From Candidatus Multivorans sp. (GTDB lineage: Bacteria > Acidobacteriota > Thermoanaerobaculia > Multivoradales > Multivoraceae), in contig OZ251997.1 in NCBI GenBank assembly GCA_965247095.1, positions 1,664,001-1,728,000 of the forward strand: 64,000 nt of DNA, given 5' to 3'. Below, one piece after another: positions 61,062 through 64,000 of the stretch (within the stretch, counting starts at the first letter, position 1; the number at the start of each line of letters is the position of its first letter). The notes under the pieces are model-generated. The model had not been told where the DNA came from, searched no databases, and saw only the letters and a program-made list of their open reading frames with translations. Position numbers and translations under genes: made by a program.

Positions 61062-62075
61062 ATGAACGAACAGGAAGCGGCCTGGCTGGCCCGCACGCAG
61101 GAAGAGCCGATCGACCCGAACCGGGAGATCTGCGATCCCCACCACCACCTCTGGGACCATCCCGAGTCCCGGTACATGCTGGAGGAGTTGCACGGAGACA
61201 CCGGCGCCGGGCACAACGTGACCTCGACCGTGTTCGTGGAGTGCGCCTCCGGCTACCGCGCGGACGGCCCCGAGGAGATGCGGGTAGTCGGCGAGACCGA
61301 GTTCGTGCTCAAGGTCGCCCACGAAGCCGAGGTCACGGGTAGCGACGCTGGCGGCGCCTCCATCGCCGGCATCGTCAGTCACGCCAACCTGCTGCTCGGA
61401 GATCGCGCCAAGGGAGTGCTGGAAGCGCACATCGAGGCCGGCGGCGGACGCTTCCGGGGCATCCGGCACTCCGCCGCCTTCGACCCCAGCCCGGACATCC
61501 GCGTCTCGCACTCGAAGCCGCCCGAAGGCATGCTGCTCCGTTCCGACTTCCGGCGCGGCTTCGCCTGCCTGGGGCCGCTGGAGCTGAGTTTCGACGCCTG
61601 GCTCTACCACCCCCAGATCGACCAGTTGACCGACCTCGCCCACGCCTTCCCGGACACCCGGATCATCCTCGACCACGTCGGCGGTCCGCTCGGGATCGGT
61701 CCTTACCGGGGCCGGCGGCGCGAAGTCGAGGCGGACTGGCGCAAGTCGATCACCGAGCTCGCGCGCTGCGACAACGTGGTGGTCAAGCTCGGCGGGCTGG
61801 CGATGAAGATCTGCGGCTTCGGCTGGCACAAACGGGACGAGCCGCCGTCCTCGGCCGAGACCGCGGAGGCCCACCGCCCCTACTACCTCCACTGCATCGA
61901 CCGCTTCGGCACGGATCGCTGCATGTTCGAGTCGAACTTCCCGGTCGACCGGGCGGGCGGCGCCTACACCCTGCTCTGGAACTCCTTCCAGCGCATCGTG
62001 GCGGACTTCTCCGAGGACGAGAAAACGGCGCTCTTCCGCGACACGGCGCGCCGGGTCTACCGGATCGACCCCTGA
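61062..62075 (+). CDS. Amidohydrolase_2 family protein
   Basis: DPHHHLW, LDHVGGP, MFESNFPVD. Confidence 0.88.
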   Translation: MNEQEAAWLARTQEEPIDPNREICDPHHHLWDHPESRYMLEELHGDTGAGHNVTSTVFVECASGYRADGPEEMRVVGETEFVLKVAHEAEVTGSDAGGASIAGIVSHANLLLGDRAKGVLEAHIEAGGGRFRGIRHSAAFDPSPDIRVSHSKPPEGMLLRSDFRRGFACLGPLELSFDAWLYHPQIDQLTDLAHAFPDTRIILDHVGGPLGIGPYRGRRREVEADWRKSITELARCDNVVVKLGGLAMKICGFGWHKRDEPPSSAETAEAHRPYYLHCIDRFGTDRCMFESNFPVDRAGGAYTLLWNSFQRIVADFSEDEKTALFRDTARRVYRIDP

Positions 62076-62128
62076 ACTTGGCTGCGAGGCTACACAGCAG
62101 AGCCATGCGTCGCTCCGCCTAAGGCCCC

Positions 62129-63178
62129 ATGCCGCGACTCGAGAAGACGCTGGGCGAGGTTCGCGGCCTGATCGCGGAAGACGGCATCGCGTCCGAACTG
62201 CACGGAGACGGCGGGTTCCTGTGCCGCTCGGTCGCCTCACTGGAAAAGGCCGGCCCCGACCAGTTGTCCTTCGCCAAGGACGAGCGGACGCTTGAAGCAA
62301 CCGATACGCGCGCGGGCGCGCTGGTCGTACCGGCCCGCACCAGCCGGCTTGCGGCCCACCAACTCGTGGTCGACGATCCCTTCCTCGCCTTCGTCAGCGT
62401 ACTCCGTCACATCGACCTCGAGCGCCGGCGCGAAGCCGCGGGTGTTCATCCGACCGCCGTCGTCGCCGCAAGCGCCGCCATAGGCGCCGACGTTTCCATT
62501 GGCGCCGGCGTCACGGTGCGCGACGAGGCCGAGATCGGCGACCGGACCGTGCTCCACGCGAACTCCTACGTCGGCCGGCGCAGCCGGATCGCCCCCGATT
62601 GCGTCCTGTTTCCCGGCGTCGTGGTGATGGAGGACGTGACCGTCGGTGCGCGCGTTACCGTCCACGGCGCCGCGGTGATCGGCTGCGACGGCTACGGGTA
62701 TCTGCAGCGCGGCGGCCGCCACGTCAAGATTCCCCAGGTCGGCACCGTCGAGATCGGCGACGATGTCGAGATCGGCGCCCAGGTCACGATCGACCGCGCC
62801 GCACTCGACGCCACGGTGATCGGCCGCGGCTGCAAGATCGGTGACCTTGTTCACATCGCCCACAACGTGACGATCGGCGAGCACAGCCTGGTCGTGCCAA
62901 CGGTCAGGATCGCCGGCAGGGCCACGATCGGCAGCGGCGTCGTGCTCGCCGGCGGCGCCGGCGTCGCGGACGGCGTTGTGGTCGGCGACGGCGCGGTGCT
63001 CAGCGGCACCACGGTGGCCTACCGCGACGTGCCGGCCGGCGCCGTGCTCTACGGCAATCCAGCGCGGCCGAAGTCCCACCAGTTGCGCATCGAGGCGGTC
63101 CTCAACCGCCTGCCCCAGATGGAGCGCGACCTGCGCGCGCTGCTACGGCGAATGGAACGTCAAGGCGAGACGGACTGA
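62129..63178 (+). CDS. lpxD: UDP-3-O-acylglucosamine N-acyltransferase
   Basis: Hexapeptide repeats, IG.DGYGY, KIPQVG, HIAHNV. Confidence 0.88.
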   Translation: MPRLEKTLGEVRGLIAEDGIASELHGDGGFLCRSVASLEKAGPDQLSFAKDERTLEATDTRAGALVVPARTSRLAAHQLVVDDPFLAFVSVLRHIDLERRREAAGVHPTAVVAASAAIGADVSIGAGVTVRDEAEIGDRTVLHANSYVGRRSRIAPDCVLFPGVVVMEDVTVGARVTVHGAAVIGCDGYGYLQRGGRHVKIPQVGTVEIGDDVEIGAQVTIDRAALDATVIGRGCKIGDLVHIAHNVTIGEHSLVVPTVRIAGRATIGSGVVLAGGAGVADGVVVGDGAVLSGTTVAYRDVPAGAVLYGNPARPKSHQLRIEAVLNRLPQMERDLRALLRRMERQGETD

Positions 63179-63188
63179 GGAGTGCGGA

Positions 63189-63380
63189 GTGAGCTGGAAG
63201 CCCGAGATCGACGAACTGGAGCGTCTCAACCGCGTCCGCTCGCCGTTCCGCTCGGCCGAGTACTTCGAGATCGAGGAGATCATCGACCCGCGCGAGACCC
63301 GCTCCATCCTCTGCCGCTGGGCCAGACTGGCCGCCGGGGCGCTGACTGTGGGCCCCCAGGCGTTCACCTACCGACCCTGA
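63189..63380 (+). pseudogene. Acyl-CoA carboxylase carboxyltransferase remnant (N-terminus fused to C-terminus)
   Basis: MSWKPEIDELE joined to RLNRVRSPFRSAEYFEIEEIIDPRETR; IIDPRETR is a carboxyltransferase C-terminal motif. Confidence 0.7.
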
Positions 63381-63418
63381 GTCCTCGCTGCGCTGACGCC
63401 CCCCGCCGGCAGCCGCCA

Positions 63419-63449
63419 CTGGGCGCGCCGGCGTCCCCGCCGGCATCCG
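63419..63449 (-). repeat. REP-like palindrome, copy C
   Basis: Reverse strand reads CGGATGCCGGCGGGGACGCCGGCGCGCCCAG. Confidence 0.6.
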
Positions 63450-63495
63450 ACCGTCTCCAACTAGACTAGGACACCCTGCCCCGGGGCGACTCACC

Positions 63496-64000
63496 GTGCG
63501 CAGCAACGTCATCACCAAAGCCTTCCTGATCGCCACCGCCCTGGCCCTTCTGGCCGCGGGCGCGGCAACGGCGGCCAAGAAGCGCCCCCCCTGCAACGAC
63601 GGCAGCCAGCCCGATCCGAACACCCTGCCGGCCCACCACCGGCAGTGGACCGAGGAGGTCGCCCTCCTGCTCACCGACGACGAGCTGCAGTCGTTCCGCT
63701 GCCTGTCCCAGGACTATCAACGGGACGCCTTCATCACCGAGTTCTGGAAAGCGCGCGACCCCTACCCCGAGACCGCCCGCAACGAGTTCAGGGAGCACTG
63801 GAGCGAGAGGCTCTCCATGATCCGCCAGTTGTTCGACAGCACGGACGACGAGCGGGCCCGCTACTACCTGCTCAACGGACCGCCCGACATCCACGTCGAC
63901 ATCTGTCCCCAACGCTCCGCCACCAAGATCGAGGCTTGGTTCTACGGCTTCCAGGACATGAGCGAGGTGCTCGGCGCGATCTACGCTCGCCGGCTCCGAC
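63496..64000 (+). CDS. GWxTD-domain protein (5' part; runs off the window)
   Basis: Manual translation: signal peptide, W.EEVALLLT, RDAFITEFWKARDPYPETARNEF, DERARYYLLNGPP. Confidence 0.82.
   Translation, partial: MRSNVITKAFLIATALALLAAGAATAAKKRPPCNDGSQPDPNTLPAHHRQWTEEVALLLTDDELQSFRCLSQDYQRDAFITEFWKARDPYPETARNEFREHWSERLSMIRQLFDSTDDERARYYLLNGPPDIHVDICPQRSATKIEAWFYGFQDMSEVLGAIYARRLR

Overview
GC-rich bacterial chromosome segment. The gene families (Acidobacteria-type VWA proteins, a GWxTD protein, secreted 'PRTxxGxPDLxGxW' proteins, several PQQ enzymes) suggest Acidobacteriota; this is an inference. Housekeeping genes: fabF, CIRCE-controlled groES-groEL, hflX, rne/rng, gloB, lpxD, a fadB-type gene, a peptide ABC operon and an M16 peptidase pair. 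Accessory genes: VapBC and RES-Xre toxin-antitoxin pairs, a DUF4143 ATPase, a PARIS-like AAA+DUF4435 pair, and a probable lanthanide-type PQQ alcohol dehydrogenase operon with a CxxxCH cytochrome. Most notable observations: (1) a self-contained ~320-nt structured transcription unit after rne, with a 16-nt site complementary to the 16S rRNA 3' end in front of a 14-codon ORF; (2) three tandem lipocalin-like/Ig/Ig/VWA paralogs, one with an in-frame stop; (3) a 137-bp tandem array repeating the 3' end of a molybdo-hydroxylase gene; (4) at least four genes reduced to stitched fragments by internal deletions; (5) a 28-bp perfect inverted-repeat element and a REP-like family. No rRNA, tRNA, CRISPR array or transposase was recognised. 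All calls come from reading motifs by eye; no searches were run.
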